Source: Nitrospinaceae bacterium
Lineage (GTDB): Bacteria; Nitrospinota; Nitrospinia; Nitrospinales; Nitrospinaceae
Assembly (NCBI GenBank): GCA_965223665.1
Contig: OZ245011.1
Coordinates: 96,001 to 160,000 of the forward strand
DNA length: 64,000 nucleotides
Reading direction: 5' to 3'
The translations under genes were made by a program, and so were the position numbers. Positions 9,244-20,705 of the stretch are shown here, piece by piece. Every line of letters starts with the position of its first letter. Position 1 is the first letter of the stretch. The notes under the pieces were generated by a model. It did not search any database. It was not told the DNA's origin and saw only the letters and a program-made list of their open reading frames with translations.

Positions 9244-10632
9244 ATGAGAAGAGTTAATACGGTCTTGACTGTCGCTGGGTCTGATTCTAGTGGAGGTGCT
9301 GGCATTCAAGCTGATATAAAAACCATTGGAGCCCATGGTTTGCTTGGGACTTCTGTGATTACTTCTATAACTTCACAAAATTCTTATGGAGTTCAAGCGA
9401 CCCATCACTTGGATCCAAAGCACATTGAATCCCAATTAAAGTCTATTTTTGAAGATTCAAAGCCTTCAGCTGTAAAAACAGGAATGTTGGGAGAAGGAGA
9501 AATCGTAAAAGTAGTTTCCAAATATTTGAAAAAATATAAAGTGAAAAACTTGGTGGTAGATCCCATCCTATTGTCAACCAATGGATATCCTTTGCTTTCG
9601 AAGGAAGGGATCCGGGTAATGGAAAACTTATTATTTCCACTTGCTAAATTGGTAACACCGAACTTGTCAGAAGCAGAAAAATTATCCGGAGTCCGCATTA
9701 AAAAAGCATCGGATCGAATAAAGGCAGCACGTTCAATATTAAAAAAAGGGGTTCAGGGAGTTTTGATTAAAGGGGGGCATGCAATTGATAATGCTGACGA
9801 TTTTTACTTTGATGGGAAAAATAAGGTTATTTTTCCCGGAAAGCGTTTTCCCATGGAAAATCTGCATGGAACTGGATGTGTACTTTCTTCGGCGATTGCT
9901 TCATGTTTGGCTAAAGGTGAATCCATTATTGAGGCCATTCAAAATGCAAAAAATTTCATAAATGTAGCAATTAGCCAGGGAATATTCCCAGGTAATGGAG
10001 CGGGTTGCGTTGATCCTCTAGGCAAATTTTATGAGAAGCAATTAAGAGAGGATCTTATCCAGCAAGTGACCCAAATGGTAGAAAACTTAAAATCTTATCC
10101 ATTAGGATACTTAATTCCAGAGGTTCAATCTAATATCGGAGTGGGTCTGTCTGGAGCCTTTTCGCCTGATGATGTGGTAGCTATTCCAGGAAGAATAGTT
10201 AAAAAAGGTAAAGGAATTTATACTATTGCATCCCCTGAATTTGGAGCCTCACGGCATGTTGCAAAAATTGTTTTGACCGTAATGCGTGCCGATGAGTCAA
10301 GGCGTGCAGTGATGAATATTAAGTTTACGGACTCCTTGCTAAAAATATGCAATAAATTGGGATTTAAAATTAGTTCTTTTAGTCGTTATAAGGAGCCCAA
10401 AAATATTAAGCAATTGGAAGGGTCCTCATTAGAATGGGGAACTTACCAGGCTATTTCAGACCTTGGAGAAGTACCTGATATAATTTTTGATGTAGGTGGG
10501 CAGGGTAAGGAAGAAATGATCCGAGTTATTGCAAAAGACTCTGCAGATTTGCAGAAGAAAATATTAAAAATTCACCGTCTTGCTTTAAAAGAACTCCCAG
10601 ATAAAGAGATAGATCGATGGAGAAAGAAATAG
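9244..10632 (+). CDS. thiDN: Bifunctional HMP/HMP-P kinase ThiD fused to ThiN thiamine-phosphate synthase domain
   Basis: AGSDSSGGAGIQADIK, TPNLSEA, KGGH, HGTGC; C-terminal LIPEVQSNI, PGRI, FGASRHVA, EGSSLEWG, GGQGKEEMI. Confidence 0.9.
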   Translation: MRRVNTVLTVAGSDSSGGAGIQADIKTIGAHGLLGTSVITSITSQNSYGVQATHHLDPKHIESQLKSIFEDSKPSAVKTGMLGEGEIVKVVSKYLKKYKVKNLVVDPILLSTNGYPLLSKEGIRVMENLLFPLAKLVTPNLSEAEKLSGVRIKKASDRIKAARSILKKGVQGVLIKGGHAIDNADDFYFDGKNKVIFPGKRFPMENLHGTGCVLSSAIASCLAKGESIIEAIQNAKNFINVAISQGIFPGNGAGCVDPLGKFYEKQLREDLIQQVTQMVENLKSYPLGYLIPEVQSNIGVGLSGAFSPDDVVAIPGRIVKKGKGIYTIASPEFGASRHVAKIVLTVMRADESRRAVMNIKFTDSLLKICNKLGFKISSFSRYKEPKNIKQLEGSSLEWGTYQAISDLGEVPDIIFDVGGQGKEEMIRVIAKDSADLQKKILKIHRLALKELPDKEIDRWRKK

Positions 10633-10732
10633 TCAATTATGATCACCTAAAAAACAGGAATTTTCCTCAAAAGCAACATGAATTTAATCAACCATTACCA
10701 AAACGAAAATAAAATATATTTATCAACTTGAA

Positions 10733-12652
10733 TTAAGACAACCCTTTTGGGATATCAAACCATTCCATTTCATCCACTTTTTTCCCAAAATACTTTGCGC
10801 CCTCTAAAGTGTAATGGTGATGATCAGAATATATTTTTTCGAAATTTTCTGTGACAATACTGCATTTACTTTTTCTGACGGAACATTGATAATCAATCTT
10901 TTTCAGAAATAATATTCCATATTTTGACGCAATTGATTTTAGTTTTTTATTTATAGCGCTCGTTTTCTTTTTCCTTTTATTGAATAAATCTTGCTCAGCT
11001 TGGTCTTTTTTAAATAAAGCGAAGTCGCCATTTATATTGCTAACTATATCATCTAAGAGCGTATTATTTTGAGGTTTAATTGGCCACTCTTCTGATTTAG
11101 ATAAAAGAATCACTTTCTTTTCATTTGCTAAGAGAAATTTAATAAAATTTTCAATATAGCTCAATTCATTTCCATTAAATGAATCACTAATTACAACAAT
11201 TCTAGCTTTTTGGAATTCTTGGCTTTCAATACACTCCTTAGTTCTTTCTATACCTCCTTTTTCTATTTCATCAATATATTCTTGATCATTCTTATCATTT
11301 GAAAAAAAGACCAATCGGAGATCACATAGTTCAAAATTATAAAACTTCACGTATTTGGTGCTGTGTATCAATTGAAAAAAATCGAAACCATGACTATCTC
11401 CCCAAACTAGTACATCTATTAAACCTGGTTTTTTGAATTTATCAAAATAATTCCAACCCCTATCAAAATTACTTTTTCGCAAGCTTAAAAGATAATTGTT
11501 ATCATAAACATATCCTTGGAACCTGTTTTTTGAATGTTTTGAATTCCATCCTATGGATATTAAGGCAACCGATAAAATAAATATCATCTGAAAAAAAACT
11601 TTTCTTTTTACTAATTGATTATTTCTAAAAATCTTTTCAACAAAAAAATAACTTATAAATGAACATAAAAAGGTCAAAATAATTAAATAAAGCTTTTGAT
11701 AATTTAAAATACTCCCTAACTGGATCCTAGCGAAAGCAAATATAGGAAAGTGCCAAAGATAAAGTGAATAAGAAATCTTTCCAACAAAATTTATTATTTT
11801 TGAAGACAATAATTTAGAGGCAATATCTATTTGATTTGAAAACCAGATGATTAAGCAACTGCCCAATACAGGAATTGAGGTCCAAATAGAAGGGTGTCTA
11901 GTTTGTTCATCAAAATATAAAAATGATATTATAAGAGTGGTCAAACCAATAGGAGGCATTGTTTTTTGCCAAATCTCCTTAAGTTTTCTCCCTCTACCCA
12001 GAATTTCAAAATAGCTTAATAATACACCTGTGCCTAATTCCCATAACCTTGTATGAATATAATAAAATGTTTTTGATGGCTGGTTTAGGGAACCCCATTC
12101 CGCTAAAAATAAGCTTAAAATTTCAAGTCCAATTAGAAGCGGTAAAAAGTATTTTGGAGATTTTTTTAAAAAGTAAAAACATGTGATCGGAAGTATAATG
12201 TAAAATTGCTCTTCAACTGAAAGAGACCAGGTGTGTAAAAATGGCCTCAATAATCCATCGGTAGCTCCATATTCAATCCCAGAATAATAAAAAAATATAT
12301 TTGATAAAAAAAATATTGATGAAAAAATTGAGTTAATAAAATTAGAAAAATTGGTGGGTAATAGAACAAAGTAAGCAATTGGAATGCTGGTAAATATGAC
12401 AAGATATAATGCGGGTAAAATTCGTCTGGCTCTTCTTTCATAAAAATTTAAAAAACTAAAACCGTTGCTTATTTTTATTTCATAAATAATAATTCTTCCT
12501 ATCAAATAACCGCTGATTACAAAAAATATATCTACCCCGATATATCCTCCTTCAATCCAAAATTGTTCAAAAAGGACAATTTCAGCGTGATACATTATAA
12601 TGCCCAGAACTGCAATAGCTCTGAGCCCATCAATGTCAGTTCTGTATTTCAC
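10733..12652 (-). CDS. Acyltransferase-3 / SGNH fusion O-acetyltransferase (OafA/OatA-like)
   Basis: YRTDIDGLRAIAV, GVDIFFVISG, RRILP, HTWSLSVEEQFY, SYSLYLWHFP; SGNH VWGDSH and DHHH; GTG start. Confidence 0.92.
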   Translation of the reverse strand: MKYRTDIDGLRAIAVLGIIMYHAEIVLFEQFWIEGGYIGVDIFFVISGYLIGRIIIYEIKISNGFSFLNFYERRARRILPALYLVIFTSIPIAYFVLLPTNFSNFINSIFSSIFFLSNIFFYYSGIEYGATDGLLRPFLHTWSLSVEEQFYIILPITCFYFLKKSPKYFLPLLIGLEILSLFLAEWGSLNQPSKTFYYIHTRLWELGTGVLLSYFEILGRGRKLKEIWQKTMPPIGLTTLIISFLYFDEQTRHPSIWTSIPVLGSCLIIWFSNQIDIASKLLSSKIINFVGKISYSLYLWHFPIFAFARIQLGSILNYQKLYLIILTFLCSFISYFFVEKIFRNNQLVKRKVFFQMIFILSVALISIGWNSKHSKNRFQGYVYDNNYLLSLRKSNFDRGWNYFDKFKKPGLIDVLVWGDSHGFDFFQLIHSTKYVKFYNFELCDLRLVFFSNDKNDQEYIDEIEKGGIERTKECIESQEFQKARIVVISDSFNGNELSYIENFIKFLLANEKKVILLSKSEEWPIKPQNNTLLDDIVSNINGDFALFKKDQAEQDLFNKRKKKTSAINKKLKSIASKYGILFLKKIDYQCSVRKSKCSIVTENFEKIYSDHHHYTLEGAKYFGKKVDEMEWFDIPKGLS

Positions 12653-13492
12653 GATTTAAACTCACTGGTAAAATCAATTAAAGTGCCCTTTGGATAAATT
12701 ATCGGGATTTGTGGAAGTTCGCAGTGGAGGGGGGGTAGAGGTGCCCATAATATAAGCATTGAAATTTTTGAGTTATAGTAATCTGGAAGTGGTTTGTGTT
12801 TGATGATGACTATATTTTATGCAGTATGGTTTTTGATAGATAATGAAAAAAATAAAAACGACCTTAATGGTTAGGTTTTCTTAATTGGTGATTTTTAGGT
12901 AGTGTTGTCAGAAATGATACCATTTGATGGCTGTTTTCGTAGGAATTGCGATAAACTTGATGCAAAATAATATATTTTATCGAAAATATAAACTATGGAG
13001 TCTATATTACAATTATTAAATTCGAAATTTTAAATGTCAAGCATTATATGTGAAAATAATTATTGGTCTAATTTGAGTTTTGGCTCAAGAGTATTTTTTG
13101 GGAGGAAATGATTGGAGGTTTTGTCTTTGTTTGAAAAATTTCAATGAGCATGCTTCCGCTTGTTTCAAAAAATAATTTGAAGCTATTAAATGCTATGATT
13201 CATAGTAGATTTCTGGTGTAGATAAATCGAAATAATAAAAATGTTAATTGAGATTTCTGGTGGCAATTTTAAATTGAAATCAAAAAATGATTTGGGAGGG
13301 AATCTAAAACTACATAGGCTTCCTATGATGTTGGTGTCATAGAAAGTTTAGCAGCATTTGAATTCTTCGAAAATATTAATAGGACTTATAGTTTTGGAAG
13401 TAGGAAATTTCCTTAGCATATCTTTTAAAAAAATTTAAAACATTAGTGAGCTCAAAATTTTGGGAGCAATGCTTATAGTTTAAATTTCCATT

Positions 13493-15433
13493 TTAAAGTA
13501 GAGTTTTATCGATCAAAATTTCAGATTGTTCTTTAGCATTGTCCAACCATTCCTTAAATATTAAATTCCCTTTTTCTTTTTTCAATACAGAATAGGTTTC
13601 CAGCTTTTGCTCATTGGTCGGCTCTCCAGCCTCTTCTCTTTCCACAATTTGGATCAAATAATGAGAATGTTTTGAAGAACCTCTTGTTGTTTCACCCGGT
13701 TTTAAATTAAATACCGCATCCTTGATCTCTTTGATATTGCCGATCCCGGGAATAGTATCCGCCATGCTGAAAAAAGGAGTTTCATCAATCTCTAATTTAT
13801 TTTCGCTGGCAATTTTATCTAAACTTTTTTCAGCCTTTAAACGCTTTGAGAGAGATTTCATTTTTTCTTTGGTATTTGATTCGCTTATTTGGTCATCATA
13901 TTCTTTGGATACTTCTTCAAGCACCGTATCCATTTCTGGAATGTGAGGAGGTTTGCGCTCTACAACTTTTGCTAGAAAGGATGCGTCAGGGGTGTTCACA
14001 GGTTCGCTGATTTGGTTGTCTTTCAAGATAAAAGCCGCATTAAAAAACTCCGGAACAATTCCAATATCAGGGACATTGTGATTTGTAGTTGAAATGAAGT
14101 CCGTAGATTTCACTTCGGAATTAAATTTTTTAGCCGCTTTTTCTAAATCATTGTCAGTTGAAGCCATTTGATAGATCTTTTTTATTTTCCTGCGAATTCT
14201 TTGTTGGATTTTTCGGGATTCAAGTTTCTTTGTGATTTCTTCTTTAACTTCGCTAACCGGTTTTTTTCGTTCTTCTTTCAATTCATCTAACTTAATAATG
14301 TGGTAACCAAAAACAGTTTTAATGGGACCGGCTAATTCTCCAGCTTTCATGTTATCCAAAGCTTTTTCAAATTCTGGAACCATAGTTCCTTTTGTGAATT
14401 CACCTAAGTCTCCTCCTCTTGGTCCTGAACCAGGATCTTCAGAATGTTCCTTTGCCAATTCAGCAAAATCCTTTCCATCCTTTATTTTTTGGAGAATGTC
14501 TTCCGCATTTTTCTTGGCTTTTTGTTCAGCTTCATCCAAGGCCTTTTTCTTAGCTTCCTCGGTGGCGTCTCCTTCCGGCAAAACTGGTAGAGCCTTAATT
14601 AGAATGTGTCGTGCGCGATATCGCTTTTTAAGAATGTAGTCTGCTTCATGGGCATCATAGTAATCTTGAATATCTTCCTCATGAATTTTAATTTCGTCTT
14701 TAAGAGTTTCCTTAGTAAGTTTAATGTATTTAACCTTAATCTGTTCAGGAACTTCAAATTGGGTTTTATTCTTTTCGAAATATTTTTTTAATTCTTCATC
14801 CGAGGGAGGGTTTTCCGGTTTGAAATATTTTTTGGGAAACTGAATATATTTAAATTTTATTTTTTCATTTTCCTTTTTAAAAGCTTCCAGCATCTCAGAT
14901 TCTGAAATTTTGGTATTTGATTTAATTACCTGCTCAATTTTTTGAAGCAACATTATTTCCCGTTGACTGTCTTCAAATTCTTTTGCTGAAATGCGGTTAA
15001 AATTGAGAAAATTTTTGTAAAGGCTGGGGTCAAATGAATCAGCCTTTTGAAAAGAAGGGTTCTCTTTTATTTTACTGGTAAGCTCCTGATCGCTAACTTG
15101 AATATTGTATTTTTTTGCTTCCGCTAACAGGATTTTCTTTTGTATTAAACCATCTAAAGCTGTATTCTTAAGGTCCAATTTTTCAATGAGATCTTGGGAA
15201 AATTGCCCCTTAAATTGAGACCGGTAATAATTTATTAAGTTATTAAAAGATTGATCGTATTCATTGAGTAAAATCTTTTCCCCATTAACGGTTGCAATGA
15301 CGCCACTACGCCCTCCACTACGTCCTCCCATTCCCCAGGAATAAAAAATAGTGCCAACAAAGGCGAAAACAATTAGCCATAAAATGGATTTAATCATCCA
15401 AGAATCAGCATGTTTGCGAATCAGGTTTAACAT
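13493..15433 (-). CDS. ppiD: PpiD/SurA-type membrane-anchored periplasmic peptidyl-prolyl isomerase/chaperone
   Basis: N-terminal TM, IATVNGEKI SurA_N, parvulin ARHILI...FAELAKEHSED...GGDLG...FGYHII; start placed at ATG 15433 (MLNLIRK). Confidence 0.88.
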   Translation of the reverse strand: MLNLIRKHADSWMIKSILWLIVFAFVGTIFYSWGMGGRSGGRSGVIATVNGEKILLNEYDQSFNNLINYYRSQFKGQFSQDLIEKLDLKNTALDGLIQKKILLAEAKKYNIQVSDQELTSKIKENPSFQKADSFDPSLYKNFLNFNRISAKEFEDSQREIMLLQKIEQVIKSNTKISESEMLEAFKKENEKIKFKYIQFPKKYFKPENPPSDEELKKYFEKNKTQFEVPEQIKVKYIKLTKETLKDEIKIHEEDIQDYYDAHEADYILKKRYRARHILIKALPVLPEGDATEEAKKKALDEAEQKAKKNAEDILQKIKDGKDFAELAKEHSEDPGSGPRGGDLGEFTKGTMVPEFEKALDNMKAGELAGPIKTVFGYHIIKLDELKEERKKPVSEVKEEITKKLESRKIQQRIRRKIKKIYQMASTDNDLEKAAKKFNSEVKSTDFISTTNHNVPDIGIVPEFFNAAFILKDNQISEPVNTPDASFLAKVVERKPPHIPEMDTVLEEVSKEYDDQISESNTKEKMKSLSKRLKAEKSLDKIASENKLEIDETPFFSMADTIPGIGNIKEIKDAVFNLKPGETTRGSSKHSHYLIQIVEREEAGEPTNEQKLETYSVLKKEKGNLIFKEWLDNAKEQSEILIDKTLL

Positions 15434-15671
15434 GAAAAACACTCCCAAGGTTAAGAAAAAGATGTTACAATTCAATGGTTGACATACTATAAAACAAGGT
15501 CTTGATTGGCAACCATTTATTCCGGCCTTTTTTGAGCAAAAGTTACATTTGAATCCTTGTTGTAAATTCTAGTATCAATCCTGTTGTTATCAGTTCTATT
15601 AAATTATGGTTAATTGGATCCAACCTCTAACTTATTAACAAAAACAATAGTTTACGTCATTTATCAGGTAA

Positions 15672-16715
<1,044 letters not shown>

Positions 16716-16721
16716 TAAAAA

Positions 16722-17537
16722 GTGTGGATAAGAGGACTCAAAAATAGAAAACGGGTTTTCATTTTTGTTTCCATTCTCTTGGTTTCTTTTGTCTTAATGA
16801 CCGTTAATATTAAACGGTCCAGCCATCCCACTCCCGTTGAGAAATTTTTTCTTTGGGTGGTTTCACCGCTTCAAAGCTTTTTCACTCTCACCGTAGATTC
16901 TGTGGCCGATGTCATCGATGGCTATTTTTATTTTGTTAATACTACCCAAGAAAATGAAGGCCTGAAAGAAAAAGTTGATCAACTTTCTAAAGAGAATAAC
17001 TATCTTAAGGAAGAAGTGAGACGATTGGCTCGTATTGCACAATTAGCCGATTACCAAAATGATCGAAAATTAAATTCAATCACTGCAACGGTAATTGGAA
17101 AGGATGCAACTCAATGGGTCAAAATGGTGTTTGTTAATAAAGGAACCCAGGATGGAGTTAGGGAAAACCAACCTGTTGTAACTGAAACAGGAATAGTGGG
17201 TCATATTCTTCAAGCAGGAACAACTACCTCCAAAGTATTATTAATAGTTGATAGTCGAAGTGCGGTGGATGCGTTATTTCAGGAGTCTCGGGTTTCTGGA
17301 GTGGTAAGTGGGAACGGAACTGAAGAATGTAATATGAAGTATGTACCTATAGGGGCTCCTGTGGAAATTGGGGATCTTGTTTTGTCATCTGGATTGGGAG
17401 GGGTTTTTCCCAAAGGTCTTTTGGTGGGTAGAGTGAAGCAGGTAACTCAAATGGAACATGGGTTGTTTAAGGATATTATTGTTACACCCACAGCAGATTT
17501 GTCACGTTTAGAAGAAGTATTAATTTTATTGTCATAA
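16722..17537 (+). CDS. mreC: Rod shape-determining protein MreC
   Basis: TM plus coiled coil, VNKGTQDGV, SSGLGGVFPKGLLVG; follows mreB. Confidence 0.95.
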   Translation: MWIRGLKNRKRVFIFVSILLVSFVLMTVNIKRSSHPTPVEKFFLWVVSPLQSFFTLTVDSVADVIDGYFYFVNTTQENEGLKEKVDQLSKENNYLKEEVRRLARIAQLADYQNDRKLNSITATVIGKDATQWVKMVFVNKGTQDGVRENQPVVTETGIVGHILQAGTTTSKVLLIVDSRSAVDALFQESRVSGVVSGNGTEECNMKYVPIGAPVEIGDLVLSSGLGGVFPKGLLVGRVKQVTQMEHGLFKDIIVTPTADLSRLEEVLILLS

Positions 17538-17552
17538 TAATCAGGTTGCCCT

Positions 17553-18071
17553 ATGTGGCTGCTTTTCATTTTTATAATTTATTTTTTGGTTTTCTTTTCC
17601 ATTCAAACGAGTTTGTTGGATTTGATTGCTATTGCCGGGGTGACACCTGATTTAGCATTAATTCTAACGCTCTATGGAACGGTTATCCTGAAAAATGAAA
17701 GGAGTATTGCCGTAGGTTGCTTCATTGGTTTTATACAAGATTGTTTCTCTGCAGGAATTTTAGGGGTAAATACTCTTTCAAAAGGTTTAATTAGTTTTAT
17801 TTTCTCAGGATTAAGAAAAAATATTATTGTCGAAGGATTTATTCCAATTGCAATATTCTCATTTGTCTCATCTCTTTTTGATGGTTTAGTTTTTTATTTT
17901 TCTTCTTTGCTTTTATTTAAGGCAGGAGCGTCGCTCACCTTTCTTTACTCTAAGTTAATTGTATACTCATTATATAATGCAGCTATAGCCCCTATTATTT
18001 TTTACCTTCTTAATTCTAATAAAAACTGGTTGATTAAAAAGTTTCCAGGTTTTGAGGGAGCCGTGCAATGA
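17553..18071 (+). CDS. mreD: Rod shape-determining protein MreD
   Basis: Hydrophobic 172 aa, GVTPDL, GFIQD; lies between mreC and mrdA. Confidence 0.9.
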   Translation: MWLLFIFIIYFLVFFSIQTSLLDLIAIAGVTPDLALILTLYGTVILKNERSIAVGCFIGFIQDCFSAGILGVNTLSKGLISFIFSGLRKNIIVEGFIPIAIFSFVSSLFDGLVFYFSSLLLFKAGASLTFLYSKLIVYSLYNAAIAPIIFYLLNSNKNWLIKKFPGFEGAVQ

Positions 18072-19981
18072 GCACTCATCTTTATTCACGGGATGTGTCT
18101 GAAGGTATTCGAAGAAAACTTAAAATGTTTGCGGTTATTGTTGTAGTTGCATTCGTTTTTTTATGGGTCAGAATTTGGTACCTACAAATTCTGAAGGGGG
18201 AAGACTTTAAAGGATTGTCAGAGAATAATCGTGTTCGATTGGTTTCCCTTCCTGGAATTCGTGGGTTAATAACGGACCGCAATGGGGAAACATTGGTTTC
18301 TATTAGACCCTCCTTTAATTTATACATTACTCCGGAAGATGCCAAAGATCTGGATGTGACATTGGATATTTTGGAGGAGAAAATCGATTTTGATGAGGAA
18401 AAGTTAAGAACGAATATGAAGAAAGCTCAACCATTTGCGAATGTGTTGATAAAGGCAGATGTGAGTAGGGAAATGGTCGCTTTTGTGGAAGAGAACAATC
18501 GTATTCTGCCGGGGGTGCACTTAATTGTAGAACCCTTAAGAAACTATGTTTATAAAGATTTAGCAGCCCATGTTTTAGGTTATTTAGGAGAGATTTCGAA
18601 AGAAAAGTTAGAGGAAATGAAAGAAAATGACTATCACATGGGAGACTTAATGGGTAAAGAGGGTATGGAGTTCCTTTATGAGAATGAATTAAAAGGAACA
18701 AAAGGCTATAAGCAAATTGAAGTAGATGTGGCAGGAAGAGAACTTCAAATTCTTAGAAAATTGCCTCCTGAAAGTGGAAACCAACTGGTGTTGACATTGG
18801 ATTTGAGGTTACAAAAAGTTTTAGAGCAGTTGATGGTAGGTACAGAAGAAGAACCGAAGAATGGAGCTGTGGTTGTCCTTAAGGTTTCCACAGGTGAAGT
18901 ATTGGCAATGGCAAGTAAACCCTCATTCGATCCCAATTTGTTTGCTGCAGGAATTTCAATTAAAAATTGGCGCAAGTTAATTTTTGACAAACGTCATCCT
19001 CTTCAAAATAAATCAATAGATGGGCAATATCCTCCTGGATCTACCTATAAGATTGTCACTGCCTTAGCAGGACTCGAAGAAAAAATCATTACTCCAGAAA
19101 CTTCCATTTATTGTCCCGGCCATTTTAAATTAGGACGAGGTAGGTATCGTTGTTGGAAAAGGGGTGGTCATGGTGCTGTCGATTTACACAAAGCGTTGGT
19201 TCAATCCTGTGATGTTTATTTCTATACCGTTGGTCACCGACTTGGAATAGATAATCTGGCAAAATATGCCAAATCACTGGGCCTTGGAAACTTTACAGGA
19301 GTCAATTTAATTGGAGAAAAAACAGGGTTAGTTCCAAGTACGGATTGGAAGTTGAACGCAAAAAAGGAACCCTGGTTGTTAGGAGAAACTATTTCAGCTT
19401 CAATTGGGCAAGGATATAATTTGGTGACTCCTATTCAACAGGCCAATATGCTGTCAACAGTTATCAATGGGGGATTATTATTCAAACCATTTTTAGTTAA
19501 AGGGATTAAAGATAAACATGGAGCAATGATTAAGGAAGTTTATCCAAAAGTACTTACTAAGCTAAATGTTAACCCAGAAAACTTAGAATTAATAAAAAAT
19601 GCTCTATTAGGTGTGGTCAATGAAAAAAGAGGAACCGGTTGGCGTGCAAGATTAAAGAATATTAAAGTAGCAGGAAAAACCGGAACCGCCCAAGTGGTCC
19701 GCCTTAGGGCGGTTGGGTCCAATAATGAGGAAGATATTCCTTATGAATTTAGAGACCATGCATGGTTTGTTGCGTTTGCCCCTTACGAAAACCCGGAAAT
19801 TGCTGTTGCGGTTATTGTCGAGCATGGAGGGCATGGAGGTTCTGCTGCAGCCCCTATTGCCCGAAAAATCATTGAGACCTACTTTAGGTTTTATCCTTTG
19901 GAATCTCCAGATAATTCTGAAGAGAATAAAAATGCATTGGCTTCCCCTAGCCAGGTTTCTACCCCAGTTGACAACGGTTAG
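18068..19981 (+). CDS. mrdA: Penicillin-binding protein 2
   Basis: RGLITDRNG, PPGSTYK (SxxK), SCDVYFY (SxD), KTGTAQ, DHAWF. Confidence 0.96.
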   Translation: MSTHLYSRDVSEGIRRKLKMFAVIVVVAFVFLWVRIWYLQILKGEDFKGLSENNRVRLVSLPGIRGLITDRNGETLVSIRPSFNLYITPEDAKDLDVTLDILEEKIDFDEEKLRTNMKKAQPFANVLIKADVSREMVAFVEENNRILPGVHLIVEPLRNYVYKDLAAHVLGYLGEISKEKLEEMKENDYHMGDLMGKEGMEFLYENELKGTKGYKQIEVDVAGRELQILRKLPPESGNQLVLTLDLRLQKVLEQLMVGTEEEPKNGAVVVLKVSTGEVLAMASKPSFDPNLFAAGISIKNWRKLIFDKRHPLQNKSIDGQYPPGSTYKIVTALAGLEEKIITPETSIYCPGHFKLGRGRYRCWKRGGHGAVDLHKALVQSCDVYFYTVGHRLGIDNLAKYAKSLGLGNFTGVNLIGEKTGLVPSTDWKLNAKKEPWLLGETISASIGQGYNLVTPIQQANMLSTVINGGLLFKPFLVKGIKDKHGAMIKEVYPKVLTKLNVNPENLELIKNALLGVVNEKRGTGWRARLKNIKVAGKTGTAQVVRLRAVGSNNEEDIPYEFRDHAWFVAFAPYENPEIAVAVIVEHGGHGGSAAAPIARKIIETYFRFYPLESPDNSEENKNALASPSQVSTPVDNG

Positions 19982-20045
19982 TCTAAACCCTAGAATCAAA
20001 TCTAGGAATATATTAGTTCCTTGGATCCAACATTAATCAAATAAA

Positions 20046-20705
20046 ATGAAAACAAAAGAATCCCTCCCTCTAAGTTTAGGTAATAAGGTATTGGCTAATA
20101 TTTTAGATGAAAGATATCAGGTTACTGTCCGCGGCTGGAAGGAAGATGAATATATTCTTTTAGACTTGCCTGTGTTTCAAGGAAGTATTTTAAAAGCTGC
20201 ACCTCAGGCCGGATGCTCAATTAGTTATACCCTTGATGGAACTTTTATTAATTTTAAAACCACCATTTCACATATTTTAACCCAGCCTATTCGACTTCTT
20301 TTGCTGGAATATCCCAAATCTTTTTCCACTCATAATCTTAGAAAGAATTTTCGTCAAAGGGTTAATTTTTCTTTTTTTTATTCCAGAGAATCCAATCCCA
20401 ATGAGTTCACTTTTACTGGAACTATTCGAGATTTAAGCTTATCAGGTGCTTTAATAACACATGAAAAACCTCTAGAAAAAAATGAGACGATTGCATTAAC
20501 GGTTAATCTTCCTCAGGGAAAAATTGCGAATCTTCCGGGAAGAGTGAAAAATATTAGAAATCGCCCAAACACTGAAAGAGAACCCTTTGTTACCGGATTA
20601 GAATTTAATGGACTTTCTCCCGAGCAGGACAGTGTTATCAGGAAGTTTGTTGAAAGTAGAATTTCAGAACGTCGAGGAACTGACCGCGTCAACGGTCTGC
20701 AATAA
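20046..20705 (+). CDS. PilZ-domain c-di-GMP effector (YcgR/flagellar-brake-like)
   Basis: N-terminal YcgR-like barrel, RKNFR (RxxxR) and DLSLSG (DxSxxG) motifs, GLEF. Confidence 0.85.
   Translation: MKTKESLPLSLGNKVLANILDERYQVTVRGWKEDEYILLDLPVFQGSILKAAPQAGCSISYTLDGTFINFKTTISHILTQPIRLLLLEYPKSFSTHNLRKNFRQRVNFSFFYSRESNPNEFTFTGTIRDLSLSGALITHEKPLEKNETIALTVNLPQGKIANLPGRVKNIRNRPNTEREPFVTGLEFNGLSPEQDSVIRKFVESRISERRGTDRVNGLQ

Noticed and set aside
12700-12760. GC-rich patch as a tRNA fragment or att site
   Set aside because: No T-arm (GTTCGA) or cloverleaf on either strand; no integrase nearby
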